A stretch of 63,017 nucleotides of DNA, filler included, from Basidiobolus ranarum (GCA_040143965.1; 40 parts of 40 records of this genome joined end to end with filler, not necessarily neighbours in it), one strand, 5' to 3'; numbered from the whole stretch's first letter, positions 1-12,375 are shown. Program-made: numbers and translations. Notes: a model not told the origin generated them from the letters alone.

Positions 1-1484
1 GAAGCAATGGTCACAACCATAACAGGAAGAAAAATCAAATACCTACACAATGATAATAGAACTGAATTTAGCAATGAAGCCATGACTAGCTTTTTTCAAG
101 AAATGGGAATTCAGCAGCAATTTACTATTCCATAAAGTGCAGAACAAAATGGAGTTGCAGAAAGGTTCAATAGGACTTTAGTAGAGAAAGCATGTACAAT
201 GCTTATTGATTCAGATTTACTCAAGACCTATTGGGGTGAAGCTTATTTAACAGCTACATATCTCCAAATTATAGTCTAACACATAGCAACCATGACTCTA
301 AAACTCCTGTTGAAATCTGGACTGGAAACAAGCCTAATTGGAATCTCCTTTGAATATTTGGATCAATAGTATATGCTCATGTTCCTAAATCTCAGCATAG
401 GAAATTGGACAAAAAGCCAATTAATTGTATCCTATTAGGATATCTGAACAAAGGCCATTGTCTCCTAATTGCTGACACAAATCAATCATCAACTACTGAG
501 ATACTATATTCATTGAAGAAAACCTCAAATCTTGTAATCAAAGAAATTTGATTTTGGCTGAAAATCAATTTTTTGATAACTCAAATTTTGAGTTAACAAG
601 TTCTGAAACCAATCTTGAGCTAACAAGTACTGAAACCAACTTGGAAAATGATACATTGGAAATAGATACAGGAATTATGCCAAATTTGGAATCAGAAACT
701 ATCTATCAACATTATCCAAATTTAGAAAATATCACATCTGAGACAGGGTCTAAAGCATCAGCCACCAATGAATATATGACAAAGCTCAAATCATTACCAA
801 TCCCTGTGGTGAATATTCCTAGTAGAAAACCAATAAGCAATAATCCTGTCTCAAACTTCACTATGAGAACTGAAACCAAGGAGAACAAACTATCATATGA
901 TATTCTGGAGTCAAGCAGCTATATGAGCAGTGAAACATTAGGTGGCACTGGAAATGCACCATTTTATACCAGATAAGCTGATAATTACTCTGAGGATACT
1001 GATAATTTGGAACCAGCTTCTGGGAATCAGCATATTGTCTCTGCCAATGAAAATATGGTAAACAGAAAAAGGATGTTCTTCCAGCCAATCAGGTATCAGG
1101 AAGTTGGGTTCAGAAACAAGACAGTAATTTTCTGACCAATCATATATCTAAAAAAGATCCTACACTCAATTTGGCTGATATTGGATACAATCAATTATTG
1201 GAAGTATGCAATCAATCATAACAAGTATTCAATCAATCACAAAACTCAGGCAATCAGGTCTCAGAAATCCTACCAAGTGGAAATCAGAAACATCCTGTAA
1301 GTGAAACATCCAACCATTCTACCAAAGACTTTGGATGTCTCCTATCAGAGCATGAAATGAACAGATTCAATTCAGTGAAAGGGTGGAATATATCTGCACA
1401 TATAGCATTTTCTGAACCAGAAAATTTGAGACAAGCTCTGAAATCTGATGAAGCAGCAGAATGGAGAAAAGCCACTGATGATGA
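1..1484 (+). mobile_element. Degenerate Ty1/copia pol fragment (integrase core, linker, start of RT region)
   Basis: Translates as IKYLHNDNRTEF..., EQNGVAERFNRTLVEKACTML..YWGEA and, at the end, AFSEPENLRQALKSDEAAEWRKA. Contains stops and frameshifts. Confidence 0.92.
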
Positions 1485-1584
1485 NNNNNNNNNNNNNNNN
1501 NNNNNNNNNNNNNNNNNNNNNNNNNNNNTTAATTAATTAANNNNNNNNNNNNNNNNNNNNNNNNNNNNNNNNNNNNNNNNNNNN

Positions 1585-1807
1585 ATTGTAATCCCCCAAT
1601 TACATAGTAAATCAATGGTTGAGCAAAGTTCAACCAAAACACCATCAACACCATCAACTTCCAAAATGGCTACTTTGCCCACTATTGAATAACCTTCCAT
1701 AGAAAATTTAGATAGAATTATTACAACAAGGTAATCACAGGTGATTTACATGCATTGATAAGTAAAAACTAGGAAGTTGCAATACAGGCCATAACAAGCA
1801 ATAACAC
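1585..1807 (+). mobile_element. Fragment of ORF2 of the CACTA-like (CCCTA) element
   Basis: Matches 59150-59380 and 4753-4960 (VEQSSTKTPSTPSTSKMATLPTIE). Confidence 0.8.
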
Positions 1808-2578
1808 TGTATTTGTTTTAGGGAGTGAGCAGCAACTATAACTGCAATATCCTAAGGGTTTTGTGAGGTGTCCAAAAGGTGTACTAATGACAAAAGAACA
1901 TACTGGCTTCAATGTCCTTTGAGAATGCTCAGATAAAAAGGGTATATCCAATCAAAAACAACTGTAAACTCAGCCAGCAGGGTATTGAACAAGGATGCAC
2001 TGGTAGTGATTTATCCAAGGATATAAAACGTTCCTTGCCTATGCAGACAAAGCTAGGGAAAAAAATATAAAGTATCAGAAATACATCACCTACCTGTCAG
2101 CACTTTCTTTGAGCCAGTCAATTCCTTTCAAGTCACACAATAGCCTGTAACTGCCTCTATTAGTTTCTCTTGAGCTTCCTCTGCAAAGGTCTTGTGAGCG
2201 GTGATGAAAATAAGGGGTTAACACAAGTAGTAATTGTTAGCTGAAAACCAGGATATTTTTATTTGAAAAGATATAGCTCCTATTTATACTTTTCTGAAGG
2301 TAGCAATGATTACAAATAAGAATTTCCAGAAAATTCCAGAGAATTCTATTGGTGGGAATCTGGGGTTATGATATCACCATAAATCATAAGAATAGTAATC
2401 CATTGAATGTTCCACAAAGTTGTAGAATAATCCAGAAAGTGATGGAATGTTCTGGCAAAATCCAGTTTTGATTGTTCAAAATTCAATCAAGCATCAAATA
2501 TTCCAAGAATTTTGGGAAATGTTCCAGAAGATTGTAGAATTTTTCAGAAAATAATAGGTCTAATGTGGGTTAATATTA
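1808..2578 (-). repeat. LTR-like repeat family A, inserted in CACTA ORF2
   Basis: The reverse complement aligns with 5350-6236. It has TATAAATAGG and ends in ...AAACAAATACA at the junction with ORF2. Confidence 0.7.
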
Positions 2579-3068
2579 GACTTGTTCCATTGGACCCAGT
2601 CAGATCAGGCCACTCAATCTAGCCTGCTAGCACACCATCTGGCACAATCTGTCAATTACCATGGCTGGGTCCTATAACACTTGATTGGACACTACAAGGA
2701 ACAATATGACACTATCCCACCACAATGGACATGATGATTTGATTGGAGATATTGTGCCAGCCTGTACCTAGTTACCCTATTTAGTATTGCCAAATTACAA
2801 TTTTGGGTAACTAACAAAGCAAGTTCATCAACTAGTTCGCAACTTACAACTTACTGAATGTGCAACAATAAACAATTTATACTGTAACTTACCCAATCAA
2901 ATATATAACCAACACATTCACATGCCTTGAGGCCAATCACTTGTCCCTCACTAACACAGTATCCTGATTTTCAATTGGGCACAACAGCTCCTGCATTACA
3001 AAACACCAGTAGTTTTAGCACACTGGTGACAAATCACAGCAGTCAATCATGGATCAAGCTGCAGTATG
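2579..3068. mobile_element. Probable end of a Harbinger-like element interrupting LTR family A
   Basis: Begins GACTTGTTCCATTG, matching the TIR of the MITE at 49783-49954, and shares the TGGCACAATC subterminal motif. Confidence 0.45.
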
Positions 3069-3168
3069 NNNNNNNNNNNNNNNNNNNNNNNNNNNNNNNN
3101 NNNNNNNNNNNNTTAATTAATTAANNNNNNNNNNNNNNNNNNNNNNNNNNNNNNNNNNNNNNNNNNNN

Positions 3169-3844
3169 TATCAATCCTGAAATCAACTCACTTAGAGACC
3201 GCTACCATCTGGGTTACGCAGATCGACTTACTGTATCACCTGTTGCGTTTCTCTCTCATACTTCAAGTTCTAAAGATACAACAAACTGGTCTAAGTATAC
3301 TGCGAGGGCAGATCAACCACTGTCTTAACGAATATGAATAAATACCAGATGATGCCTCATATCCATCAGCAGCCCAACAATATAATGAAGCACTCCCGTA
3401 GTATTAGACGTCAGTCCACTGTAAGTCTACAACTCATAAAGCAAGTATCGAAAAAGCTTTACTCCACCCTGTCCATAGACTATCGTAACTTGGAGGATGC
3501 TAGTCAGGTTGACGGTATATTAATGCTCACACAGGATATACTAGATTCAGGACTTCTCCGCAAAATTGATGGTATGTAATGGAATAGAAAGCAGATTCAG
3601 TGCCACAGAATATATATTAACGTGAGATATTTTAGAGCTAAGCCACGCACAAGACGCTCTTTTTGACTCGCTAAACATGCTCATCTCCGATTGGGAACTG
3701 GAAGATTATGATGCTGAAGATGTGTTTGATCACATTCTGGCCACTGGCTCCCGAGTGGAAATGTCTATTCCAGAGTGGGTCAGTTGGGATCAAGCAGAGA
3801 TAGATATGGAGATTGAACTCAGTTTGTTTACCAGAAAAATGTAA
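3169..3844 (+). pseudogene. 3' part of an intron-containing gene of unknown family, with the upstream part disrupted
   Basis: GTAAGT..TAG and GTATGT..TAG introns join YRNLEDASQVDGILMLTQDILDSGLLRKID to LSHAQDALFDSLNMLISDWELEDYDAEDVFDHILATG...LFTRKM*. There are stops upstream. The 5' part is paralogous to 4480-4652. Confidence 0.5.
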
Positions 3845-4354
3845 AAGAGAATCTAGACTTCTTGAGCTTACCAGTGTAAATATAATAAATATTCATGACC
3901 ATCTACTATCACTAATCGTGATCAAAGCACCTGAGTTCAAATTCTAGCCACTAATCGAATCACTGCATTCATTTGAATAAAACTAACATGATATTGACCC
4001 ACAATTACAATCATAACGTTTGTAAATTTACTGTGAATCAAAGTTATTTTAGGTGATAGTCGAACCACACACTCGATGTATTGACGAATCAGATACAAGT
4101 GTTTTGTGGGTTTAAAATTCATAAGTAATCTTTATTGCAAGAATGACTTTTAACTATACTTTAACTGAAAATACTTCTGTGTTGTGATGGAAGACTGGTT
4201 CATCAGGGTCTCAGATGACCATAAGTCCAAAAAAAGAAACCAACCGTTAAAAGAGCCTGAAGACATGCCATAACAAAAGTTCGTATCAAATCAGGTACAA
4301 CTCTTTAGAAGTGCTTTCATAAGTAAGATGGAGTACAATGGAGGAATGTTTAGA

Positions 4355-4652
4355 TAAGAGACATCTATTTGTAGCAAGTTTTGTACATTAACCCTGATCT
4401 CAACTAATTCAAGGATACTGTCCCAGATCAACAAACAGTGTAACCCGCTGCGTTTCTTAAGGTTAGGATAGATGTTTGGGTGAGGGATATCTATTTGTCG
4501 GAGGTTTTGTATATCAACCCTGAAATCAACTCACTCAACCCTGAAATCAACTCCCTTAACGATCACTATCTTTTGAGTTACCCAGATCCACCAGCTGTGT
4601 CACCATTTACGTTTCTCCCTCACACCCCAGGTTCTACAGATACGACACTTGA
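4355..4652 (+). pseudogene. Second, degenerate copy (5' part) of the same unknown gene
   Basis: The motif RDIYLxxVLYINP(D/E)(L/I)N occurs at ~4357 and ~4483, and YINPEINSL again at 3169. There is a 21-bp tandem duplication at ~4515-4557. Confidence 0.5.
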
Positions 4653-4752
4653 NNNNNNNNNNNNNNNNNNNNNNNNNNNNNNNNNNNNNNNNNNNNTTAA
4701 TTAATTAANNNNNNNNNNNNNNNNNNNNNNNNNNNNNNNNNNNNNNNNNNNN

Positions 4753-5172
4753 GTAAATCAATAGTTGAGCAAAGTTCAACCAAAACACTGTCAAGACCAT
4801 CAACTTCCAAAATGGCTACTTTGCCCACTATTGAACAACCCTCCATAGAAAATTTGGATAGAAATATTACAATAAGGGAATTGCAGGCAGAACACCATAA
4901 TGATTTGTGTGCAATCATAAGTAAAGCTATGAAGTTGCTATAGAGGCCATGTCAAGCAATAATGCTGCAATATTGCAATTAATGCAGTGTTTGGAAGCAA
5001 CTAGTCAACAGTTAGAGAGTCACTCAACAATGATACAAGACCTTCAGAATGCTGTTCTTGAGCTACAGCTACATGCTGCTCCCTTCATCCATTCTCATAT
5101 GGGATTTCAGTCAATCCCACACCATACATATGAACATCACCGTGACAATCTAGTAGAGCAGAATATGTGTTG
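4753..5172 (+). mobile_element. CACTA-like element ORF2 fragment (coiled-coil region)
   Basis: ILQLMQCLEATSQQLESHSTMIQDLQNAVLELQ..NLVEQNMC, collinear with 59167-59590. Confidence 0.85.
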
Positions 5173-6236
5173 GTGCAGTGGGGTAGCATTGCTACCCACT
5201 GGCAGGTTGACTTACTTCCACTCCAAGCTCATATCATAACTATTACACAATTTCTATTTTATTATCCTTATTTTAATTACCCATATTTTCTAGCCAATCA
5301 TATCAGAGTATTAGTATTATCCCCCATTACTTCAGATTTATCAGTATTAACGCACATTAGCCCTATTATTTTCTGGAAAAATCTACAATCTTTCAGAACA
5401 TTCCACAAGATTCTTGGAATATTTGATGATTGATTGTGTTTTGACCAATCAAAAATTGATTTTGCTGGAATATTCCATGACTTTCTGGATTATTCTACAA
5501 CCTTCCGGAACATTCCATGGATTACTAATCTTATGATTTATGACAATATCATAACCACAGATCCCCACCAATAAAATTCTCTGGAACTTTCCAGAAACTC
5601 TCATTAGTAATCATATGTACCACCAGAAAAGTATAAATAGGAGCCATATCTTTTCAAATAAAAATCATTCTGGTTTTCAACTAACAATTACTACTTGTGA
5701 TCACCACTTATTTACATCACTGCTTACAAGACCTTTGAAGAGGAAGCTCAAGAGAGACTACTAGAGGCAGTTACAGGCTACTGTGTGGCTAGAAAGGACT
5801 TGGCCAACTCAAAGGAAGTACTGACAGGTAGGTGTTATATTTCTGATAATTTATATTTTTTCCCTAGCTTGGTGTGTATAGGCAAGGAACTTTTCATATT
5901 CATGGATAAATCACTACTAGTGCATCCTTGTTCAAGACCCTGCTGGCTGAGTTTACAGTTGTTTTTGATTGGATATACCCTTTTTATCTGATCATTCTCA
6001 AATGATGCTGAAGCCAGTATATTCTTTTGTCAGGTGCCATCATATTATTCAACAGAAAGCTGGACATTGCATTGTGGTTTATCAGTCCTTAGACATTTCT
6101 AGAGGCTTGATTCCCTTTCACAAGGCCCAAGAGGCAAGAGACAGACCCATATTACAGTACATCCCAGAGTTATTCAACCATGGTTATTGCACCCTTTGGA
6201 CACCTCACAAAACCCTTAGGATATTGCAGTTATAGT
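5173..6236 (+). repeat. LTR-like repeat family A (second copy), inserted in CACTA ORF2
   Basis: Starts with TG where ORF2 homology breaks. TATAAATAGG is at ~5632. Homologous to 1808-2578, with ~150 extra bp. Confidence 0.7.
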
Positions 6237-6336
6237 NNNNNNNNNNNNNNNNNNNNNNNNNNNNNNNNNNNNNNNNNNNNTTAATTAATTAANNNNNNNN
6301 NNNNNNNNNNNNNNNNNNNNNNNNNNNNNNNNNNNN

Positions 6337-6800
6337 TATGAGGACTTGGTGCTAGATGTTGACCTTGGTTAGTCCAGTACGAATGGTTATATATCAGAAG
6401 TTGAAGAAGAAGACATTGGTTTTGTTATGGACTCTATGATATTGGCAAACACTAGTCCACTCATAACACTTACTGTAAAGGAAGCAGCTTTGATTCTTGA
6501 GGAGTGGAGAGTTCAATCCAATCTTAGCAACCAAGTATTTATTGGTTTTCTTACCCTTTTACCACAGTTGATTGGCAACTGTTGCTTGCCACAGACCTGG
6601 TACAAGTGGAAAACACTTATCAATTGTATGACCCATAATCCTTCAGCAATTAAACTACCTTCATGTCCAAATAGTTGTATGGCTTTCACCAGTGATCTGA
6701 AAAACCTGAAGTCATGCACTGTGTGCACAAAATTGGCTATCCCTGAATCAGGTAAATATTGTTCATATTTGGCTTACATACCGTTGATTCCTCATCTCAA
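6337..6800 (+). mobile_element. CACTA/EnSpm-type transposase, N-terminal fragment
   Basis: LPQTWYKWKTLI...SCPNSCMAFTSDLKNLKSCTVC...LAYIPLIPHL matches the CxNxCxxF..CxxC..YxPL signature preceding the Transposase_21 domain. Confidence 0.85.
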
Positions 6801-6833
6801 AGTGTCACAACAAGGCACTGGACAAGGACTGGA

Positions 6834-7819
6834 CCCTAACAAAAATAAAATTGATTAGATCCAGATAGGATCCACCCTCCAATAGAGCAAAGCCATCAGA
6901 GAACCATCACAATATTGGTAGCTTGCATTCTGCCAGGGATTTTGATGGTGTGCTGGTGGTTTCTTGATGGTATTTTGATTGTATTCATACATGTAAAAAT
7001 ATTAATCCTCAAATTTGGCATGCATTATTCAATATCTCGCAATTTTTGCAAAAATATAATCTTTAAAAGGCAAATGACAATTTCCCATGGAGCATCATTT
7101 CAACCCAGGTGTGCTCCATTGGGAACACCCAGAATGTATAGCAAGGGCCTATAATCTCTAAGCATTGTGAAAGATGCAGAAGGGAATGTATTGAATACAG
7201 GTATAGATTCAGTCTATCTTTGTTAAACCTGTAATAAAGTTTCTCATATCCAATTACAAAATCTTTGCACAGTTGGTGTATCTGCCTGAGATCTGCCAAT
7301 GTGAGTTGATGCCATAAGAATATATTAACAGTATTGACAAACAACTTGTATGTTGCCAATACTTGCCAGGCAGAAATCTTTTCAAAATTCCACTTGAATA
7401 TATACAAATCCAGTACTTCCAGTCTTTGCATTTGAATGAATGCCTAGATGAGTGGATTTTGAAGGGAGTCTTGATACAACATGATGGTGTCCTAACATTT
7501 TCAAGCATTTTCCCAATGGAGTTAAGCTTTGATCCTATCTTGAATGGCTCATTTATATGGAATTTTTGACAATATAGCTGAGTAAGTTGTATTGGAATGT
7601 TGTTGAATAGTAAGCACATAGTGCCTAATGGGAGGCTCTGGCTTCAGCTAATCCCCATTAGCAATATAATCTTAGGCTTATGGCTAATACCAAGTTTGAT
7701 GTTTGACAGACTATTTGGTGAATTGATATCAGTGATCATGTTGAAATCTGACCGGGCTCTTGAAGGTAAAATCATGGAGTTTAGTTTTATATTAGACTTG
7801 TTTCATTTTATTGAGCCAG
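6834..7819 (-). mobile_element. CACTA-like element right end with transposase C-terminal region (internally deleted)
   Basis: Terminus CCCTAACAAAAATAAAATTG at 6834. Motifs SFKCKDWKYW and IHSLLHLSQCLEIIGPCYTFWVFPME (HxLxH..GP...W.F.xER of CACTA transposases). Confidence 0.9.
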
Positions 7820-7919
7820 NNNNNNNNNNNNNNNNNNNNNNNNNNNNNNNNNNNNNNNNNNNNTTAATTAATTAANNNNNNNNNNNNNNNNNNNNNNNNN
7901 NNNNNNNNNNNNNNNNNNN

Positions 7920-7986
7920 TAGAGTAAAGGAGGTCCCAGGTTCAAATCCTGGCCAGACCATTATTTCTCCCTAAATAATTACAACA
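7920..7986 (+). repeat. Partial copy of the tRNA-containing LTR-like repeat (T-arm/B-box, acceptor 3' strand, terminus)
   Basis: CCAGG-TTCAAAT-CCTGG-CCAGACCA followed by ...CAACA. Matches 22170-22236. Confidence 0.8.
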
Positions 7987-8695
7987 ATAAGTGCACAAAA
8001 GTGCCTTTAGTCTTGCCCACTGAGTCCACTGGCTGTGTTTTGCCTCAAAGTTTTGGTGAAACTGACAAATGTCAAGATACTATGCAGTTATCCCAGTAAT
8101 CTGACCAGAATGATGTAGGTAGAAATGCAGCTTTTGTAAGACCGGTATGTTCAGACAACTTTGAGGACATGCTGCTAGATGTTGACCTTGGTTATTCCAG
8201 TACCAATGGTAGTATGTCAGAAGTTGAAGAATAAGATAATGGTTTTGTTACAGACTCTTTGTTACTGGCACGCATTAGTCCACTCATAACAATTACTGTA
8301 AAGGAAGCAACTTTGATTCTTGAGGAGTGGAGAGTTCAATCCAATCTTACCAACCAGGTGTTTATTGGTTTTCTTACACCTTTACCACAACTGATTGGCA
8401 ACTGTTGCTTGCTAGAGGCCTGGTAAAAGTAGAAAACACATGTCAATCATGTGACCTATTACCCTTCACTAATTCACCTACCCTCATGCCAAAATGGTTG
8501 TTTGGCTTTCACCCGTGATCTGAAAAACCTGAAGTCATTTAGTGTTTGCACACAATTGGTAATCACTGAATTAGGTATATATTGTTCATATTTGGCTTAC
8601 ATATCATTCATTCCCCATCTTAACATTTGGATGAAATCACCCAAATATAAATCATTAATCCAAACTAAAGTACTTGCTGTAAAGCTGATGGTATT
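7987..8695 (+). mobile_element. CACTA-type transposase N-terminal fragment
   Basis: LPSCQNGCLAFTRDLKNLKSFSVC...YLAYISFIPHL, paralogous to 6337-6800. Confidence 0.85.
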
Positions 8696-9333
8696 CCTTA
8701 ACAGAACTTGGAGGATTGTTATTGTGGCAAACCAACAAAATTTCAATCCATTTGGGTTTGACAGTTTACTCACCATCATAACATAGTCAAGTTAGGCTTG
8801 ATTTTAATAAATTTTTTCAGTTTCAGAAGTGAAATAGCAAGATCTTGCAAAATAGTTACACATGATTGGCCACAATCACAGAGAACTATGGATCAATGCA
8901 TACACAAAAATATAACTCAAATTTTACACATTTTTCCATTGAAGGCTAATTTGTCACCTTTGAAATCCCTAGTTTCCATGATATATTGTCCTGTATACTT
9001 TTATAGAGTTCTTCATACCCAAGGTTTAGCTCATACCCAACACAAGTTTGTATCAATATCTCCATCAAAGCCCATCATTGTATTAACATTGCTGAATCAA
9101 CATTCTTCCAGCTATCTGGTGGATACCCTGCAATATTGTGCCACTCTGTATTAAGTTCTTCCCAGATATCTGCATGGTCAACACCAGACTGAATGTCAAG
9201 CTGAATGTTCTTCTTCTGAAGCCACTTTCTGCACACATGCATTGCATTTTTCCCTTCATACTTTTGAAAATACTGTTAAAGCATTTTACTAATTTCTTAT
9301 GTCCTTGTAGTGTTACACTGCAGAGGTTGCTTT
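8696..9333 (-). mobile_element. CACTA-like element left end with ORF2 C-terminus, nested in another copy
   Basis: Terminus CCTTAACAGAACTTGGAGG. Collinear with 23105-23389 and 57061-57690. Confidence 0.8.
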
Positions 9334-9401
9334 TATTGAAACTATTAAGGGAGAAATATTGGTCTGGGCAGGATTTGAACCTGGGACCTCCTTAACTCTT
9401 G
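9334..9401 (-). repeat. Partial copy of the tRNA-containing LTR-like repeat
   Basis: TATTGAAAC...GGTCTGGGCAGGATTTGAACCTGGGACCTCC matches 22170-22236. Confidence 0.8.
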
Positions 9402-9501
9402 NNNNNNNNNNNNNNNNNNNNNNNNNNNNNNNNNNNNNNNNNNNNTTAATTAATTAANNNNNNNNNNNNNNNNNNNNNNNNNNNNNNNNNNNNNNNNNNN
9501 N

Positions 9502-9675
9502 CATTCGGTGACACACTTACCGGTGAAAGGGTTTCCCTTTCCTACATGTGGACGAGGATTCAGCCGCTAGGATGCGGTGAAAAGACATGCTCGTAAATGT
9601 TCTGGAAAAGCCAAGTCTGAGAAAGTCAAGGGAAAGAAAGTGAAGTCTGATTCGAAATGGCCATCCCCCTTCTGA
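9502..9675 (+). pseudogene. C2H2 zinc-finger protein C-terminus, disabled
   Basis: HSVTHLPVKGFPFPTCGRGFSR*DAVKRHARKC: the first Cys is replaced by Phe and there is an in-frame TAG in the recognition helix. Confidence 0.7.
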
Positions 9676-11083
9676 ACCCTCCCATCCCAAAATTTGTCAG
9701 TCATTCTTAATCAGGACTCTCATCCTGGGCCGAATTTACACGGAATTTCCTTAAGATTTTTGTAAATGCCATCGTGGGAATCTCTATCTAGTGATCTTCA
9801 TTTCACCATCCAATATTCCAAAAGATCAGCAACCCTTTTCATTCCGGCATGAAGACATTTTGTAATAAGCATTGTATAGAACTTTTCATTGATTGAGACC
9901 ATATTATTTATCGAATTTTCATTAATTGGCCCCCATAATAAACATAGTCCTTATATTGTCATTCGAATACATCCTTCGCAAGCTCCTCTTAAAGACAAAG
10001 AACACCCCCTCCATCTTCTAGCTGATTCTAAAGTGTGGAAGGCACATGCTAGTATCTCAGTTTGGTTAGAATTAGCCAACATGTTTAGGTTTAAGAACAG
10101 ATGGTATCAGATTTGAAACTGATCATCTAAGCTAGGCTGGAAGGAGCACTCAACCGGTTATAAACGGTTCTGATTTCTTGCCAGTGTTCGAGACCTGAAA
10201 CTCTAAACGGTATGTTGGGGATTAATTTATGGGATATTGTATATGTGATCAATACATATGATTATTAAACCGAGTGGCCGCGAACTTCTATCTTTCCCCT
10301 GGTTCGTAAGTGAACACCGCCCACTATCCTTGAATAGAGGTAGGGCTAGAGCGGCAAACTTTCTTCAACGTAGAATGAATAAACCAAGGGGCACCTACTT
10401 CCCACCGCCAAAACCTAGTGGAATGTGTGCTGAGCCACTAGGCGATATATTCCTTATCATGATCTATATCTAACTCCTGGAGTTGAACCAAGTGAAACAT
10501 TTGAAACCAGATCATCACAGGTCACTCCACTTCGTTGCCAAGTATACCAGATACCTGCAACCAGATGAAACCATCCACTTGGCCATAGTTGCCAAGTAGT
10601 GACTCTAAAGTTCACTCAAACCACTGTCTTACACAGAAGCTGAAAGCTCTTACTGAGTGAAGACTCTCCGTAAACTGAAGATCAGCCGCTTCGATTGCAG
10701 CCTGCGCACCCTTTAACTCTGTGGATATGCTTGCCTAAAAGAAATATGCCTCCAAATGAAATGTTATTAATGTCCAAATACCACAGAGCAGAGCTTGTCG
10801 AGGCGAATTCTGTAGCCGGTTATCTGTGACATACTAGAAATCGCCGTATCGATTAAGACATCCGCATTTGGCATCGTCCTCCCAAATGTATATTGCATTG
10901 CTACTCTAGTAGTCATGTGGGAGTGAAGTGCAATCTGTTATCGTGTGGTTCATCTGTAGCGGCTTCTCTTCCTAATATGACAANNNNNNNNNNNNNNNNN
11001 NNNNNNNNNNNNNNNNNNNNNNNNNNNTTAATTAATTAANNNNNNNNNNNNNNNNNNNNNNNNNNNNNNNNNNNNNNNNNNNN

Positions 11084-11204
11084 GAAGAAGGTCGAATCTC
11101 ACAGTGACAAGATCAATCTTGTTGAATTGATGATGGACTGGTTGGATGCTCCTGAGAACTTGGTCAAGCAAGCTGAGGCTTCTGCTGCTCTTAATCGCTC
11201 TTAA
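11084..11204 (+). CDS. PDC: Pyruvate decarboxylase-like protein, C-terminal end
   Basis: KKVESHSDKINLVELMMDWLDAPENLVKQAEASAALNRS* resembles the fungal PDC C-terminus (I.L.E.M....DAP..L..QA..AA.N). Only 39 aa are visible. Confidence 0.72.
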
Positions 11205-11646
11205 TACTTTAACTTTTGCTGTATAACTTCTAGAATGTAATATATAAATATCTTCGCCAATAAATGGACAAAATTTATCGTGGACACTTTTAAAACACCC
11301 CGCAATAATGGGCATACATATTTGCCAAATTCACAGTTGTCAGGATCCTTCAAACGCTCCTAATTACGTATCCCTGAAATAATATTCACGATATACTAAC
11401 TAAGGCGGAAGTTTTAGGGCATTGTGACTAGTGAGAGGCCTAGTTCTATTCGTTAAAGTCATGACATTGGATACCAGACTCGGTTATTTGTAGTTTGAAA
11501 GGTGTGCTTTCCACTGCACTAAAAAATTATAAAACAGGTTTCAATATGCTTAAGATAATGATCCCAAGTCTAACATTAAAGTGAAACAAGCCTTTTTCTT
11601 TTTTCAATAAGATTATAGAAGATACTAACTTGATATATGGCAATAT

Positions 11647-11960
11647 CTATTGAAGTATTTTGGGGAGTTGTTGGAAGTAATTTGGAGAACTAGAAGAATT
11701 TGTAATTTTCACTTACTGGTTTATTGGGTGCAAGTTGACATTTATACTTTTGTCAAGTAGATAAGCTAATGTATAGAGTACGAAGTTTGAGAAAATCTTT
11801 TGCACAAATGTTCTGGGACCTTCCTTAACACATTCTATGCGCGTGTTGCTTACCCCTTGACACAACTAGAAATCCCAACTCAATATATGAATAAGTGAAA
11901 ACAATGAATTCTTTTTAGTTCTCCAAACCACTTCCAACAACTCTCAAAATACTTCAACAA
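11647..11960. mobile_element. Fold-back MITE with ~130-bp inverted arms (Tc1/mariner-like)
   Basis: TATTGAAGTATTTTGGGGAGTTGTTGGAAG... is inverted at ...CTTCCAACAACTCTCAAAATACTTCAACAA-TA. Related arms occur at 23728-23896 and 62836-63017. Confidence 0.75.
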
Positions 11961-12375
11961 TAGGAACAAGTTAATGATTGAAAAAGCTGCACTCAGAACT
12001 GATTCATAAACCTAATTGACTTTTACTCTTGGTAATTAATGAGTCTAGCAGGTAAGCAACATTGAATTACGATAACGCATCCACCCGATACTTCTGAGTA
12101 GATATATAAACAATTAGACCACTAGACATATAGATCTAAAGACATCATACGATAGCAAAAAGCAGCTAAATAACCACTGTAATGTATGAAATGTCACTAA
12201 TACAATTAATTGAGCTTTAATACTCGCACTAACATATTGAATATATTTCAAAAATCTATTTACTCATTACCTAGAATGTGAGGAAAACTAGTGGGTAAGT
12301 ATGAAACATAATGTATATGGGATTGAAATTATTTATTCATGTAATAGTGTTATATAATACAAATCGATTGCCTAA

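Noticed and set aside
10470-10983. Possible minus-strand gene remnant
   Set aside because: All frames are interrupted and I could not assign any motif.
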